Assembly: GCA_029865225.1 (NCBI GenBank) | Contig: JAOUHJ010000001.1 | Coordinates: forward strand, 24,512-88,511 | From: Nitrospira sp. | Lineage (GTDB): Bacteria; Nitrospirota; Nitrospiria; Nitrospirales; Nitrospiraceae | Length of the DNA stretch: 64,000 nt | Direction: 5' to 3' | Shown: positions 50,101-59,369 of the stretch, one piece after another | Position numbering within the stretch: position 1 is the first letter of the stretch | How the letters are laid out: each line of letters starts with the position of its first letter | The notes under the pieces: model-generated | What the model saw: only the letters and a program-made list of their open reading frames with translations | Database searches by the model: none | Told to the model about the DNA's origin: nothing | Program-made: the position numbers and the translations under genes

Positions 50101-50741
50101 CCGAGCGCAAGCTGGCCATGGAGGAACGCGAGCAACTGAGCCGAGATCTGCACGATAACCTTCTGCAAGCCTTGTATGCCGTCGGTATGCAACTGGAGGC
50201 GGGGAAGCTGGCCATGAAGCAATCGGCCCGCCGTTCGAAGGCCCATATGAGTCAAGCCATCAGCCAACTCAACAATCTCATGGTAGACGTTCGCCGATTT
50301 ATCGCACTGTTGACAAGGCACCCCCCCGCGGAACTAGATTTTGGGCATGCACTCAATCAACTCATCGTGTCAATGACCGGAACCGACCAGGCCACACCTC
50401 AGCTTGAGATCAAGAGTCCCGTTCTTTCGTTCGTGACTCCCCAGCTGGCGGAACAACTCCTCAATATCGCGCGGGAGGCCTTGAGTAATAGTATACGCCA
50501 CGCTCGTGCCTCCCATCGCTGGGTACAGCTGAGCTTGATCGACAATTCCATCCGGTTGGTCATTGGAGACAATGGCGTCGGGTTTCTCAAAACCCCCCGA
50601 CGGCGCATGGGCCATGGGCTCAGTAACATGGCAGCGCGGGCGAGACATGTATCCGGTACCTTTACCCTGCAAAGCGCTCCGAAACAAGGGACCATCATTA
50701 CGGTTAACGTACCATTGAAAAAGGACATCGTGTATGAGTAA
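47196..50741 (+). CDS. multi-PAS HisKA_3-type sensor histidine kinase
   Basis: 1181 aa. At least six PAS/PAC-like repeats are recognisable from recurring ...W.W....N...WS.E...I.G...F....HPDD.....-type blocks and DITERK linkers. The C-terminus carries the H-box LSRDLHDNLLQALYAVG and HATPase_c motifs (REALSNSIRHA, DNGVGF, GHGLSNM). The TTG start in the track is uncertain; an in-frame ATG lies at 47229. Confidence 0.9.
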   Translation: MSSTAACPTKRMDAFLSFDRPRTLESTRMNSPIGIDNPVSAELIQLRRQVVELQQALAQSAEQAHRLTHASVLGAAQVGTWAWESETNRISWSPETEQIFGLRPGSFDGTYEGFFALVHPDDRQRLSDAIATAVAERTFYLIEHRIIMPNTEPRWIACRGRALSGENGAASGMVGTVEDITARKQSDLAQQAIQESLEARVRERTAGLESAVQELKREVELRQKAESALRASEQRYQSLYEHNPFMYFTLASDGTILSVNSFGAEQLGYDPKDLIGRSIAEVFDSSEHQSTFERLTACVMSPYTLREWEAQKIRKDGTRLWVKERARAIHDHMGTTLVLVACEDITERKRTEKQLEETSRLLRTLVNESALPLVSLDRAGRVISWNQAATRLFGWTEEEVLGRELPYVQAGEEATADALWERGIRGEITGPIELRRQHKDGQMLDLLLWPVFVSDEFEQVSLAVGLYVDQSDLKRAEEARLRSEDRLRSFLDALDDLAFEFDQDGRYLNVWTRNEDKLLVPKAQLIGKLITDIFGPDTGTHYVETIRHVITTGQTATVEYSVLLGQDRRHFSGILTRIPGGHGGSATAGCIVRDMTATRLIESQLRENEARWRTLYEHAGVGIAQLTLDGRFIRVNPHLCKILGHPSEAIIGRNFQDYTHPDDVQANLAHLAELLAGKRHSFSMEKRYRRADDTWVWITLTVSLVHSDSVDQDYLSAVIQNIDDQKQSYSLLQAAMNSVADGLLIVDRQGKVTSANQRFLSLWNIPHELADCQDDAWLTAVADQLEDPPAFLDKVRALYAHPEEASFDVLRFKDGRLFERHSRPQILGREIVGRVWTFQDVTERKRAEDALRASELRLQQFVAEAPVGLCILDENWRAISANRALCELTGYEKEEILGSTYALYTHPEDLSANIVLTDEFFRGVRSQYSYEHRYIRKSGEIIWVSVKATRIELSGHRGPLLLTAVQDITERKLAMEEREQLSRDLHDNLLQALYAVGMQLEAGKLAMKQSARRSKAHMSQAISQLNNLMVDVRRFIALLTRHPPAELDFGHALNQLIVSMTGTDQATPQLEIKSPVLSFVTPQLAEQLLNIAREALSNSIRHARASHRWVQLSLIDNSIRLVIGDNGVGFLKTPRRRMGHGLSNMAARARHVSGTFTLQSAPKQGTIITVNVPLKKDIVYE

Positions 50742-51417
50742 AGGGTCGGTGATCCGGTTGATCATTGTGGATGATCACGAAGTGGTGCGCATCGGGCTTT
50801 GTGCGGTCCTCAATCTGACACCTGGGATGAAGGTCCTTGGTCAGGGAGGGCGGATGAAGGATGCCACAAAGCTTTGTTGCCGATTACAGCCCGATCTTGT
50901 GCTTCTCGACATTCGATTGCCCGATGGCAGTGGTGTAGATGCCGCTCGAGAAATTCTTGTCAACTGTCCCCAGACTCGCGTGCTCTTCCTGACGAGCTTC
51001 GCCGACGAGCATACCGTTTTGGAAGCGATTCTTGCCGGAGCGCATGGGTACATTCTGAAAGACATTGCCTCTCATGCTCTTATTCGCGCCATTCGTTCAG
51101 TGGCGGCCGGGCAGGTACACATCGACCCTCGGTTGACAGGTCGAACGCTGGGGTGGCTGAAGAACATGTATCGGGAACCTGGCCATTCGAAGCGCCCGCT
51201 CCTCTCCCCCCAAGAGCAACGTCTGTTGCCTCTGGTCGCACAAGGTCTCACGAACAAAGAGATCGCTCACGATTTGCACCTCAGTGAAAAAACCGTCAAG
51301 AACTACCTCGCGAACATCTACACGAAGCTGAATATTGGGCGCCGCTCTCAGATCGCAGCGTTTTATGCTGGAAGCTTTAAAGGTTCAGGTAGGCGCTTGA
51401 GTGCAAATTCCAACTGA
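50734..51417 (+). CDS. NarL/FixJ-family response regulator
   Basis: 227 aa and overlaps the kinase stop by 8 nt. REC features are LIIVDDHEVVRIGL, LVLLDIRLPDG and FLTSF. The LuxR-type HTH is LSPQEQRLLPLVAQGLTNKEIAHDLHLSEKTVKNYLANIYTKLNI. Confidence 0.92.
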   Translation: MSKGSVIRLIIVDDHEVVRIGLCAVLNLTPGMKVLGQGGRMKDATKLCCRLQPDLVLLDIRLPDGSGVDAAREILVNCPQTRVLFLTSFADEHTVLEAILAGAHGYILKDIASHALIRAIRSVAAGQVHIDPRLTGRTLGWLKNMYREPGHSKRPLLSPQEQRLLPLVAQGLTNKEIAHDLHLSEKTVKNYLANIYTKLNIGRRSQIAAFYAGSFKGSGRRLSANSN

Positions 51418-51717
51418 TCGAGATGCGCCCTGTCCTGTCACACCCCAGCCTCTGTGGCCGCTTAAAGGAGCCGATCCCGCGAGACACACCCAACACCTGG
51501 AGGATCAGATAGCTGCGATCCGCTGATACCCGCCGGTACACTCCTGACCAACACCTCGCTCTGCCATGACGTTCCGCAAGTCGTCGAATGAGTTAAGCAT
51601 AGGCTCGATCGTGCCGATAAGAAGGTGGTGGGTCTATCCTCAGGATCTGCGGTGACCTGTGCGAATGTTTTCGGGATTGATGCCCGGTAGTCACTTGTAG
51701 CAGAGTCGGAGTTTCTC

Positions 51718-52365
51718 ATGCCAACATCGGTATCGAATGCGGCCTCCGTCCTACTGATCGAGCCGAATCGGACTCTCGCCCTGCAATTCAGAGAGCTTCT
51801 CGCAAAGTCTTTTTCCACAATGCCCGACACGATGATGGTCGACTCGCTTCAGGAAGGGGTGAATGTCCTGAGAAGCCGTGAGATATCATTGGTGCTCGTG
51901 GATGTCGAGCTGTCTGACGGCACCGCCAGGGATGCGGTTCGTCTGCTACGGGTAGCTGCCCCGTATAGCGCCGTGATCGCATTCGCTCCATCAGGAAACG
52001 AGGAATCCCTGTTGGCAGCGGTTCAAGCCGGCTCGCACGAACTGCTTCACCGTGTTCTCCCGTCAACACAGCAACTCACCCTGGCAGTCCGATCTGCCTT
52101 CATCAGAGCCAGATCACCAAAGATATCCACAGAAGCCTTGCAAGCTTCTTCTCCTACCGCAATCTTGCCTGCAACAGTGTCCAAGCTGGCACACGACCTG
52201 AATAATGCGCTGATGTCTATTAAGGGATTTGCCGACATCCTATTCGCCCGTTTGCCGGCTGAAGAAGGACTCCATTGTTGTGTAGAACAGATCAAAGATT
52301 CCTGTGACCGCGCCTCGCTATTAACGAAAGAGCTGGCCCGTTTGTCGACTGACGCTCTGTCCTAG
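51718..52365 (+). CDS. receiver-like domain fused to a histidine-kinase DHp (HisKA) domain, with no ATPase domain
   Basis: 215 aa with GGAG 6 nt upstream. The N-terminal REC-like fold (VLLIEPNRTLA, LVLVDVELSDG) has a degenerate acidic pocket. The C-terminal H-box is SKLAHDLNNALMSIKGFADIL, followed by one more helix and then the stop. Confidence 0.65.
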   Translation: MPTSVSNAASVLLIEPNRTLALQFRELLAKSFSTMPDTMMVDSLQEGVNVLRSREISLVLVDVELSDGTARDAVRLLRVAAPYSAVIAFAPSGNEESLLAAVQAGSHELLHRVLPSTQQLTLAVRSAFIRARSPKISTEALQASSPTAILPATVSKLAHDLNNALMSIKGFADILFARLPAEEGLHCCVEQIKDSCDRASLLTKELARLSTDALS

Positions 52366-52422
52366 CGACATCAAACACGGTCGCCACACCTCTGCAGACT
52401 TCCGTATCATTGGAAACTGGAA

Positions 52423-52451
52423 TTGACAGACCCGACCGCGCTGACTAGGAT
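52423..52451 (+). promoter_or_regulatory. sigma70-type promoter for yqhA (TTGACA-17-TAGGAT)
   Basis: A perfect -35 TTGACA lies at 52423-52428, followed by a 17-nt spacer and the -10 TAGGAT at 52446-52451. AGGAGG is at 52468-52473 and the ATG at 52479. Confidence 0.5.
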
Positions 52452-52478
52452 ACGTCGCGCCGGAGTCAGGAGGCCTGG

Positions 52479-53054
52479 ATGTCTGATTCTCAATCACCAC
52501 ACACTCACGTAAGCCTACCATCACCGAAGAAGTATCACTCAGCCAGCAATCAAGTCGAGGCGTTCTTCGAGAACATCGTCTTCGCCAGCCGGTGGATTCA
52601 AGCCCCGCTCTATGCCGGCCTGATCGTGGCAGAGCTCCTGTATGCCTACAAGTTTCTCGTCGAACTCTGGGAGATGGTCGTCCACATCAACAAGATGGAA
52701 GAAACCGTGTTTATGCTCGGAGTCCTGGGGTTGATCGATGTGACGATGGTCGCCAATCTATTGACCATGGTCGTCATAGGGGGGTACGCCACGTTCGTCA
52801 GCAAGCTGGATTTGGAACACCATCCAGATCGACCGGACTGGCTCACCCACGTCGATCCCGGCACGATCAAAATCAAACTGGCCGCTTCCTTGATCGGTAT
52901 CTCCAGCATTCACTTGCTCAAGGGATTTGTGGACGTGGCCAACGAGGATCCTGAGCATCTGAAATGGAAGATCTTTATCCATATGACATTCTTGGCCTCC
53001 GCCATCCTGCTGGCTTGGACCGATAAGATCATGCAAAAGGATAAGAAGCACTGA
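52479..53054 (+). CDS. yqhA: UPF0114-family membrane protein (YqhA-like)
   Basis: 191 aa. FENIVFASRWIQAPLYAGLIVAELLY and the following TM pattern match the YqhA/UPF0114 family as I recall it. Confidence 0.78.
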   Translation: MSDSQSPHTHVSLPSPKKYHSASNQVEAFFENIVFASRWIQAPLYAGLIVAELLYAYKFLVELWEMVVHINKMEETVFMLGVLGLIDVTMVANLLTMVVIGGYATFVSKLDLEHHPDRPDWLTHVDPGTIKIKLAASLIGISSIHLLKGFVDVANEDPEHLKWKIFIHMTFLASAILLAWTDKIMQKDKKH

Positions 53055-53139
53055 GCCGGAAAGATCGCCATTCTCCCCACCGGCCTCGCTAACCGGCTCG
53101 TCATGCAATTGCTGAGGAAGAGAAGTCCGGCGAGACGAG

Positions 53140-54690
53140 TCACCGAGCCGACGTACCCCGTACCTTTGTTCCGACAGCAGCCTTGATGGCTTCCACGGTC
53201 AGCGGTTTCTCTAGGTACCCACTGATCTCAAACGGCAGACGTGACGCATCTCCGCCTACCGCGTCGTGCGTAAGCCCAAGAATTTTCAGATGCGGGAAGC
53301 GCACTTTGAGCTGTTGCACTGAAGCACGATCAGGTTCCTGTCGCAATACATCGATCTCTGCAACCAACAGGGTTGGCGAAAGGTCAGGCGCAAGATTTTG
53401 GAGCTGCTTGGCCTCCAGGATATTATGGGTGCGAAATTTGAGCCGTTCCAAAGTTCTGAGCAGGACGGCCTGGCTCACCGCCTCCGTCACATACACCAAC
53501 GCACAAAGGGTATCGGGCGACACACCGCCATCGCCCGCTTGAGCGAGAGAAAGATCGAACCAAAATGTACTTCCCTTCCCAAGCTCACTCTGGAACTCCA
53601 TCGTCCCACCCATCAGCTCGGCAAGCTGTTTAGCGAGCGCCAAGCCCAACCCCATCCCGCCATACTTCCGTCGATTGGACCCATCCACTTGCACGAAGGG
53701 CTGGAACAATCGATTGGCATCGGTCTCCTCAATCCCGATCCCTGTATCGCTCACGCTAAATCTGAGACGGCTGTCTCCCGCTCCGGCCCTCGGCTGCGGA
53801 GAGGGTTCCACCCGCACAGAGACCTCTCCATGTTCCGTGAACTTCACCGCATTGCTGAGCAGGACCGAGAGAAGACGACCGAGACGGACCGGATCCCCCA
53901 ACACCTTCGACGGGACCACCGATCCAATGTCGTATCGGAGGCGAATGCATTTCTCCTTGGCCCGTTCCTGGAATGTCGCAAGATTGTCGACCACAACCGC
54001 CTTGACCTCGAATTCCTCCTGCCTGAGGGCGACCCGCCCCGATTCCAGCTTGGAAAAATCTAAGATGTCGTCGACAATGTCCAATAAGGCTTTGGCAGAC
54101 AGTTTGATCGTCTCTGCACAGTCACGTTGCTCCGGTGTCAGATCGGTATCCAACAACAATTCATCCATCCCGATGATGCCGTTCATCGGAGTTCGAATCT
54201 CATGGCTGATAGTGGCAAGAAACTCTGATTTGAGCCGCGCTCCCTCAAGGGCTGCATCTCGAGCCTGAACTAACTCGATCTGACTCTTACGTAAGTCCTG
54301 CATAGCCTGACCGGCTCTCTGCATATAGCGAGCCCGATGCCCCAACAGAAGGCCATTGATCGGCTTGACGATGAAATCGGTGGCTCCCACATCGTAGGCT
54401 TGGGTAATCGACTGATAATCCTCCAGTCCCGTCATGATCAGGATCGGCGTATGCTGCCCTTCCGGTAATCGTCGCAATGCCGCACAGACTGCAAAGCCGT
54501 CCATCTCCGGCATCATGATGTCCAGTAGCACAAGGTCTGGCCGGTGTTGACTGAAGGCCTCGACACCAAGGCGTCCATTCTCTGCCTCTTTGACTTCCCA
54601 GCCGGACTGTTCAAGCGCCTCACACGCTAACAACCGGGCAACGGTATCGTCGTCCACGATCAAAACCTTTGGCCGAGCTTCATGTGTCAT
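53140..54690 (-). CDS. response-receiver / histidine-kinase hybrid (REC-HisKA-HATPase, C-terminal receiver-like domain)
   Basis: I take the start at ATG 54690, which overlaps the upstream kinase stop (ATGA). The REC domain is [13 protein letters not shown]...[13 protein letters not shown]. The H-box is [19 protein letters not shown] and the HATPase_c motif is [20 protein letters not shown] further roughly 120-aa receiver-like tail follows. Confidence 0.88.
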   Translation of the reverse strand: MTHEARPKVLIVDDDTVARLLACEALEQSGWEVKEAENGRLGVEAFSQHRPDLVLLDIMMPEMDGFAVCAALRRLPEGQHTPILIMTGLEDYQSITQAYDVGATDFIVKPINGLLLGHRARYMQRAGQAMQDLRKSQIELVQARDAALEGARLKSEFLATISHEIRTPMNGIIGMDELLLDTDLTPEQRDCAETIKLSAKALLDIVDDILDFSKLESGRVALRQEEFEVKAVVVDNLATFQERAKEKCIRLRYDIGSVVPSKVLGDPVRLGRLLSVLLSNAVKFTEHGEVSVRVEPSPQPRAGAGDSRLRFSVSDTGIGIEETDANRLFQPFVQVDGSNRRKYGGMGLGLALAKQLAELMGGTMEFQSELGKGSTFWFDLSLAQAGDGGVSPDTLCALVYVTEAVSQAVLLRTLERLKFRTHNILEAKQLQNLAPDLSPTLLVAEIDVLRQEPDRASVQQLKVRFPHLKILGLTHDAVGGDASRLPFEISGYLEKPLTVEAIKAAVGTKVRGTSAR

Positions 54691-57600
54691 ACCGCCGGTC
54701 TTCCTTTTGCTAGTTCCTCTTGAAGCGCCGCGCACGCAGACTCGTAGTGCAGTTCAAACCGACTTAAGACTTCTCCCGCTCCATTGAGCTCTCCACGAGC
54801 TCCCATCAGTTCCAGCTCGCGGCAGTCGGCAGCCAAGGCCACGGCTCCCAACTGCGCGCTGCTTGACTTCAACCGATGCGCAGCGGCACGCAATTCGGCC
54901 GCATCCTTCGAGAGCACTGCTTGACGGACCCGGGCGACCATCTCTCGTGACGTCTCGACATACTGGGAGACGATGCGAGTGAAGATGTCGGGGTGACCAG
55001 GGCGCTGCAGAACGCGGATGGCAGTCAAGGAAGATTGGTCAAGGATGGTCGCATCGGCCGTGGGGGCAGACCGTTTCCCTCCTCCCCCAGCAGTGTTCGG
55101 CTCCTGACTGCCGGTGACAAGAGCTTCTGGCGGCCGGGATGACACGCTAGGAGTCTGCTTCGTATTGTTCCCAGGAATCCATCGAGCCAACACATGTTCA
55201 ACCTGAGTCAACGTGAATGGTTTTGTCAGATAATCATCCATACCGGCGGCGAGACAGAGTTCTCGATCTCCCTGCATCGCATGCGCCGTCAACGCGACGA
55301 TCGGCACCCGATGGATGCCAACCGCGGCCGTCTCCTTGGATTCACGTTCCCGGATCAACCGAGTCGCCGTGAGGCCGTCCATTTCTGGCATCTGGCAATC
55401 CATAAAAACAAGATCGTATTTCTTCGTCTCAGTTGCTTCCAGGGCTTCTCTCCCGTTTTCAGCGAAATCAATCCGGCATGCGAACGTCTCGAGCATGCCG
55501 GAGGCGACTTCGCGATTGACGGGATTGTCTTCCACCAACAGGATGTGGATCTCCCTCTGAGACTGTGCGTGCTGATCTGTCCGTACCACTCGGACAGTGG
55601 TCGCGACTTCCGGCAACCAGTCAGAGTGCTGGACAGGTTCGCATCGTGTAAAGAGCGCGGTGAACCGGAATGTCGAACCTTCACCGAAACGACTCTCCAG
55701 TTCGACGCGCCCCCCCATCAGCGTCACGAGTTGCTTGACAATGGCCAACCCTAAGCCGGTTCCGCCGTACTTCCGCGTCGTCGACCCGTCGGCTTGGGAA
55801 AACGCGTCAAAGATGTGGGTTTGCACTTCAGGAATGATACCGATACCTGTATCCTGAACGGTGATTGACAACCCATGCTGCTGGTTGCTCGGGTTCTCGC
55901 TCGTCACCGATACTTCGACAGATCCCACTTCGGTAAACTTGACCGCGTTCCCCACCAGATTGACAAGAACCTGCCTCAAGCGAATCGGATCCCCAAGTAG
56001 ATAAGCAGGAATATCGGGATCCATATGCAAGGAGAGCTTCAACTGCTTCTTCTGGGCAGTAGGCCCTGATAGGTCGATGGCCTCCTGAATCGTTCTCCGC
56101 ACATCGAACGGAATCCTCTCCAACTGCAGCTTCCCGGCCTCAATTTTCGAGAAATCTAAGATGTCGTTGATAATGGAAAGCAGAGCCGTGCCGGAACGTT
56201 GGATCGACTCGACCAGGTGTCGTTCCTTGTCGTCAAGCGTGCGTCGGAGGAGGAGTTCCGCCATACCCAGCACTCCGTTCATGGGGGTACGGATCTCATG
56301 GCTCATATTCGCCAGGAATTGGCTCTTGGCTAAGCTGGCGGCTTCGGCGGCTTCTTTTGCCAGGCGGAGCTGTTCCTCCGCGACCTTACGATCCGTCACA
56401 TCGAGATGGATTCCCATGATACGGGACGATAAGTCCGCCTCGTTCTTGATCATAGTCCCACGAGCAAGAATCCATCGGTAGGAGCCGTCCTTGTGCTGAA
56501 GACGATGCTCGATCTCAAGCGCAGATATTCGCCCATTCAGGTAGTCCTCGATAGTGCCCAAGACACGATCGTGATCTTCTGAATGGATCCGGCTCTCCCA
56601 CTCTTGAAGCGTATTGTCGAGTTCATCCTCGTCATACCCCAACTGACGCTTCCATTCCGGTGAGAGATAGACATCGTTCGAACTGAGATCCCAATCCCAT
56701 ACTCCGATGTTGGTGCTCTGGACCGTTGTCATCAGACGTCCTTCGCTGGTGCGCAGCGCTTGCTCCGCCTTCCGTCTGTCCGCGGCTTCAATAGCCAAAG
56801 TCACGGTATTGGCGGCGGCCGTGGCGAAATGTTGTTCCTCGAGCGTCCAATGTCGCATGGGGCCGAGATGCTCATAGCAGACCACACCGATCATCTTGCC
56901 TCCCGAGCGAATCGGAACATCGAGCATAGAGGTAATGCCAAGCGGCGCCAAATAGTCCTTCGTAAACTCCGCCGCCCTCGGATCCTGCTGTGCGTCGTCG
57001 GCCGCCACGATTCGCTCGGTACCCAATTCTTGAAAATAACGCGGATAGGTGGTCGCGGCTAGCGCGAAGCCTTGAGAATGTTCCTGAGTGGACAGCTGAA
57101 AAAGGTCGGCACACTGAATGGCTGAACGATCCTGTGTAAAAAACCAGATGCTGACCCGCTCCGTGCGAAGACAGGCTGCCGCCACTCGCGTGACGGCTTG
57201 AAACGCTTCATGGAGATCACCGCCATAGACCTGTGGGTTTTGGGTCAGTTCGGATAATCCTATTTGGATTCGCCGGAGAAGGTTCTCTGTCTGTTGACGC
57301 TCTCGCTCGACCTGTTTCTGCCTGGTGATATCTCTGAACACGAGCACGGCACCGATGACGATCCCATCCGAGAGCATCGGGGTCACGACCAGAGAGATAG
57401 CTACAAGCTGTCCGTCTGCTGTCACCAAGAGACCATCCTCTGTCCGGTACGGTTTACCCGAGGCCAGAGGCGGCAAGGTGCTGTCGGTAATCAGACAGTC
57501 ATCTCGGTACTCCTCCGGGCCAGGCGAAATCATTCGGTACACAGGGCTATCGACAAGCATCGGCAAAGTCTTTCCGAACAGGAGTTCCCCTTGATGATTG

Positions 57601-57914
57601 ACCATCTGGATCTTCCAAGCCGCATCCACGACGCAGAGGCCGTCTCCCATGGCCTGCAAGACCGCCTGGAGCTTGTTTCGCTCCTGAGCCAGTTGGGTCT
57701 CGCTGGCCTGCACGAGTTGCGCATAGAGGTTCCGCATCTCTTCCGACGAAAGGGCAAGCGATCGTTCCAACAGCGCACGGCCCTGATCCGCTTCCAGATA
57801 GCTTTGGCTGATTCGTTCCAGGATTTCACCCCAGACCTCCGATGTCGGTGGTGGGTGGTCCTGATCGAGACCCACACGCTTCAACTGTCTTGCCAGCAGA
57901 GGATGCATGGGCAA
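54687..57914 (-). CDS. hybrid sensor histidine kinase (PAS-GAF-PAS-HisKA-HATPase-REC-Hpt)
   Basis: 1075 aa. The H-box is [19 protein letters not shown] and the HATPase_c motif is [19 protein letters not shown]. The REC domain is [13 protein letters not shown]...[13 protein letters not shown]...KP. The C-terminal Hpt motif is [17 protein letters not shown] and GAF-like regions lie upstream. Confidence 0.92.
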   Translation of the reverse strand: MPMHPLLARQLKRVGLDQDHPPPTSEVWGEILERISQSYLEADQGRALLERSLALSSEEMRNLYAQLVQASETQLAQERNKLQAVLQAMGDGLCVVDAAWKIQMVNHQGELLFGKTLPMLVDSPVYRMISPGPEEYRDDCLITDSTLPPLASGKPYRTEDGLLVTADGQLVAISLVVTPMLSDGIVIGAVLVFRDITRQKQVERERQQTENLLRRIQIGLSELTQNPQVYGGDLHEAFQAVTRVAAACLRTERVSIWFFTQDRSAIQCADLFQLSTQEHSQGFALAATTYPRYFQELGTERIVAADDAQQDPRAAEFTKDYLAPLGITSMLDVPIRSGGKMIGVVCYEHLGPMRHWTLEEQHFATAAANTVTLAIEAADRRKAEQALRTSEGRLMTTVQSTNIGVWDWDLSSNDVYLSPEWKRQLGYDEDELDNTLQEWESRIHSEDHDRVLGTIEDYLNGRISALEIEHRLQHKDGSYRWILARGTMIKNEADLSSRIMGIHLDVTDRKVAEEQLRLAKEAAEAASLAKSQFLANMSHEIRTPMNGVLGMAELLLRRTLDDKERHLVESIQRSGTALLSIINDILDFSKIEAGKLQLERIPFDVRRTIQEAIDLSGPTAQKKQLKLSLHMDPDIPAYLLGDPIRLRQVLVNLVGNAVKFTEVGSVEVSVTSENPSNQQHGLSITVQDTGIGIIPEVQTHIFDAFSQADGSTTRKYGGTGLGLAIVKQLVTLMGGRVELESRFGEGSTFRFTALFTRCEPVQHSDWLPEVATTVRVVRTDQHAQSQREIHILLVEDNPVNREVASGMLETFACRIDFAENGREALEATETKKYDLVFMDCQMPEMDGLTATRLIRERESKETAAVGIHRVPIVALTAHAMQGDRELCLAAGMDDYLTKPFTLTQVEHVLARWIPGNNTKQTPSVSSRPPEALVTGSQEPNTAGGGGKRSAPTADATILDQSSLTAIRVLQRPGHPDIFTRIVSQYVETSREMVARVRQAVLSKDAAELRAAAHRLKSSSAQLGAVALAADCRELELMGARGELNGAGEVLSRFELHYESACAALQEELAKGRPAV

Positions 57915-59057
57915 TCAGGCCGCCTCACTCAGTGTCGTCAGCGTCATCGTCTGGTTGTGAAGATCACACGTACCCGTGGCATAGGGCGAAATTTCCCCGT
58001 ACGAGTAGAATCCAATCTGTTGGGTTCCCTTCGGGAGCACCTCCAGCGTGGCTTCCGTCTCTTCTTCTGTCCGCTCTCCCAGGACTAATCGACGCCCGAC
58101 GCAGCTGATCGCAATGGCGAGGGTGCAGGATTCGCCATCGGCCGAGAGTTTGGTCGTCGTGGCCGCCTCTGACGCGCCCTGCACCAATCGATCGAAATTG
58201 GCCTTCATCAGCTGCGCCAACGAGCCTTCCGAGATATCCCCTGCGAAGGTGAGGGATTGGTCTTCCTCATTCACAGCGAGAATCGTCCTGACAAGGCTCT
58301 TGGAATCTGATTGGTCAGCCCGCAAAGCGAGAGGGAACAAGAGTCCGGTGGCAGGCAAGCCGGCAGCTCGATCGCCGAGATACTCTTTGTACAATTGAAG
58401 GGCTGGACGACCATCAAGCTCAAAAAGAACATTCCCCTTGGACTTCGTGACGCGTCGTTCAGGCCCGAACAGATCCCATCCCCCCTTAGAGCCGTGACCG
58501 ATCCGCACGTGGTTCCCATAGAACCCTACCGCCGTGACCCACCCCGGTTGAGGCCGTCGGTCCTGGAGGACCCACGTCCGCTGAAATCGATTCCCGTCAC
58601 CGGCCAAGCCACCCGTAACGACAACAGAAGGGAGCATTGTTGAATTCAAGCCTCGCACCAACTCACTCCCGTTCACACTAAGGCCGTCTGACAGCACAAG
58701 GATTCCTCGTAAGGTGGAATCCTTGAGCTGTTGAGCAATCTGCTGCCCGGCCTTGAAGGAATCGTCCGCTGACCGTACCGGCGCACTGGCTACCCGGAGA
58801 TTCGTATGCTCGAACTTGGCGATCGCTGCGCTGAGACTTTCGTCAAAGATCTGGGTCCCAAAAATTTCTCCAGCCGTTGAACAGCCCACAATCACTGACT
58901 CGCTGTACTCCTCCAGCAACTCGTTCATCGGCCCTGGTGCATCGAGCAAGCTGGTAGACCCAAACACAACGACCAACGTCTGGCGTGAGTCGATCCGTGG
59001 CCGACTCTTAACCGACCATCCTTTCTTATGATCATGGCCAAGTGTGTGAAGCTCCAT
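57915..59057 (-). CDS. FIST-domain sensor protein
   Basis: 380 aa preceded by AAGGAGG. The FIST_N-like segment is VVFGS...VIVGCSTAGEI and a FIST_C-like second half ends GFYSYGEI. Its stop abuts the start of the hybrid kinase. Confidence 0.85.
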   Translation of the reverse strand: MELHTLGHDHKKGWSVKSRPRIDSRQTLVVVFGSTSLLDAPGPMNELLEEYSESVIVGCSTAGEIFGTQIFDESLSAAIAKFEHTNLRVASAPVRSADDSFKAGQQIAQQLKDSTLRGILVLSDGLSVNGSELVRGLNSTMLPSVVVTGGLAGDGNRFQRTWVLQDRRPQPGWVTAVGFYGNHVRIGHGSKGGWDLFGPERRVTKSKGNVLFELDGRPALQLYKEYLGDRAAGLPATGLLFPLALRADQSDSKSLVRTILAVNEEDQSLTFAGDISEGSLAQLMKANFDRLVQGASEAATTTKLSADGESCTLAIAISCVGRRLVLGERTEEETEATLEVLPKGTQQIGFYSYGEISPYATGTCDLHNQTMTLTTLSEAA

Positions 59058-59369
59058 TGTGCGTCCTCCTTATGATCTCAACCTAGGCGGCCTCTTGATT
59101 CTCATGGCCAGCCATCCAACTCGGGACAGAACCGCCTCACTGATTCTTAGGCGATCGCGTGAAAGATTGTGGAAATGGGTGCCTGGTCATGCGTCGGTTA
59201 TGCCGCTCGAAAGCAGAATGGCACACAAACCAAGTCGTTACTTTTTCGGCACTTAGGGCGCCAAACTTGATAGGAAATCAGTGAAGATTCTGAGGAGGAT
59301 GAGACACAACTACGCCGAATACACCGAGCTTACACACAACGAAAACACCCGATCATACGCAGCGTTGTC

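Noticed and set aside
51462-51830. 122-aa minus-strand ORF overlapping the start of the REC-DHp gene
   Set aside because: It has no SD and no domain features, and it overlaps a plus-strand gene with recognisable REC and H-box motifs.
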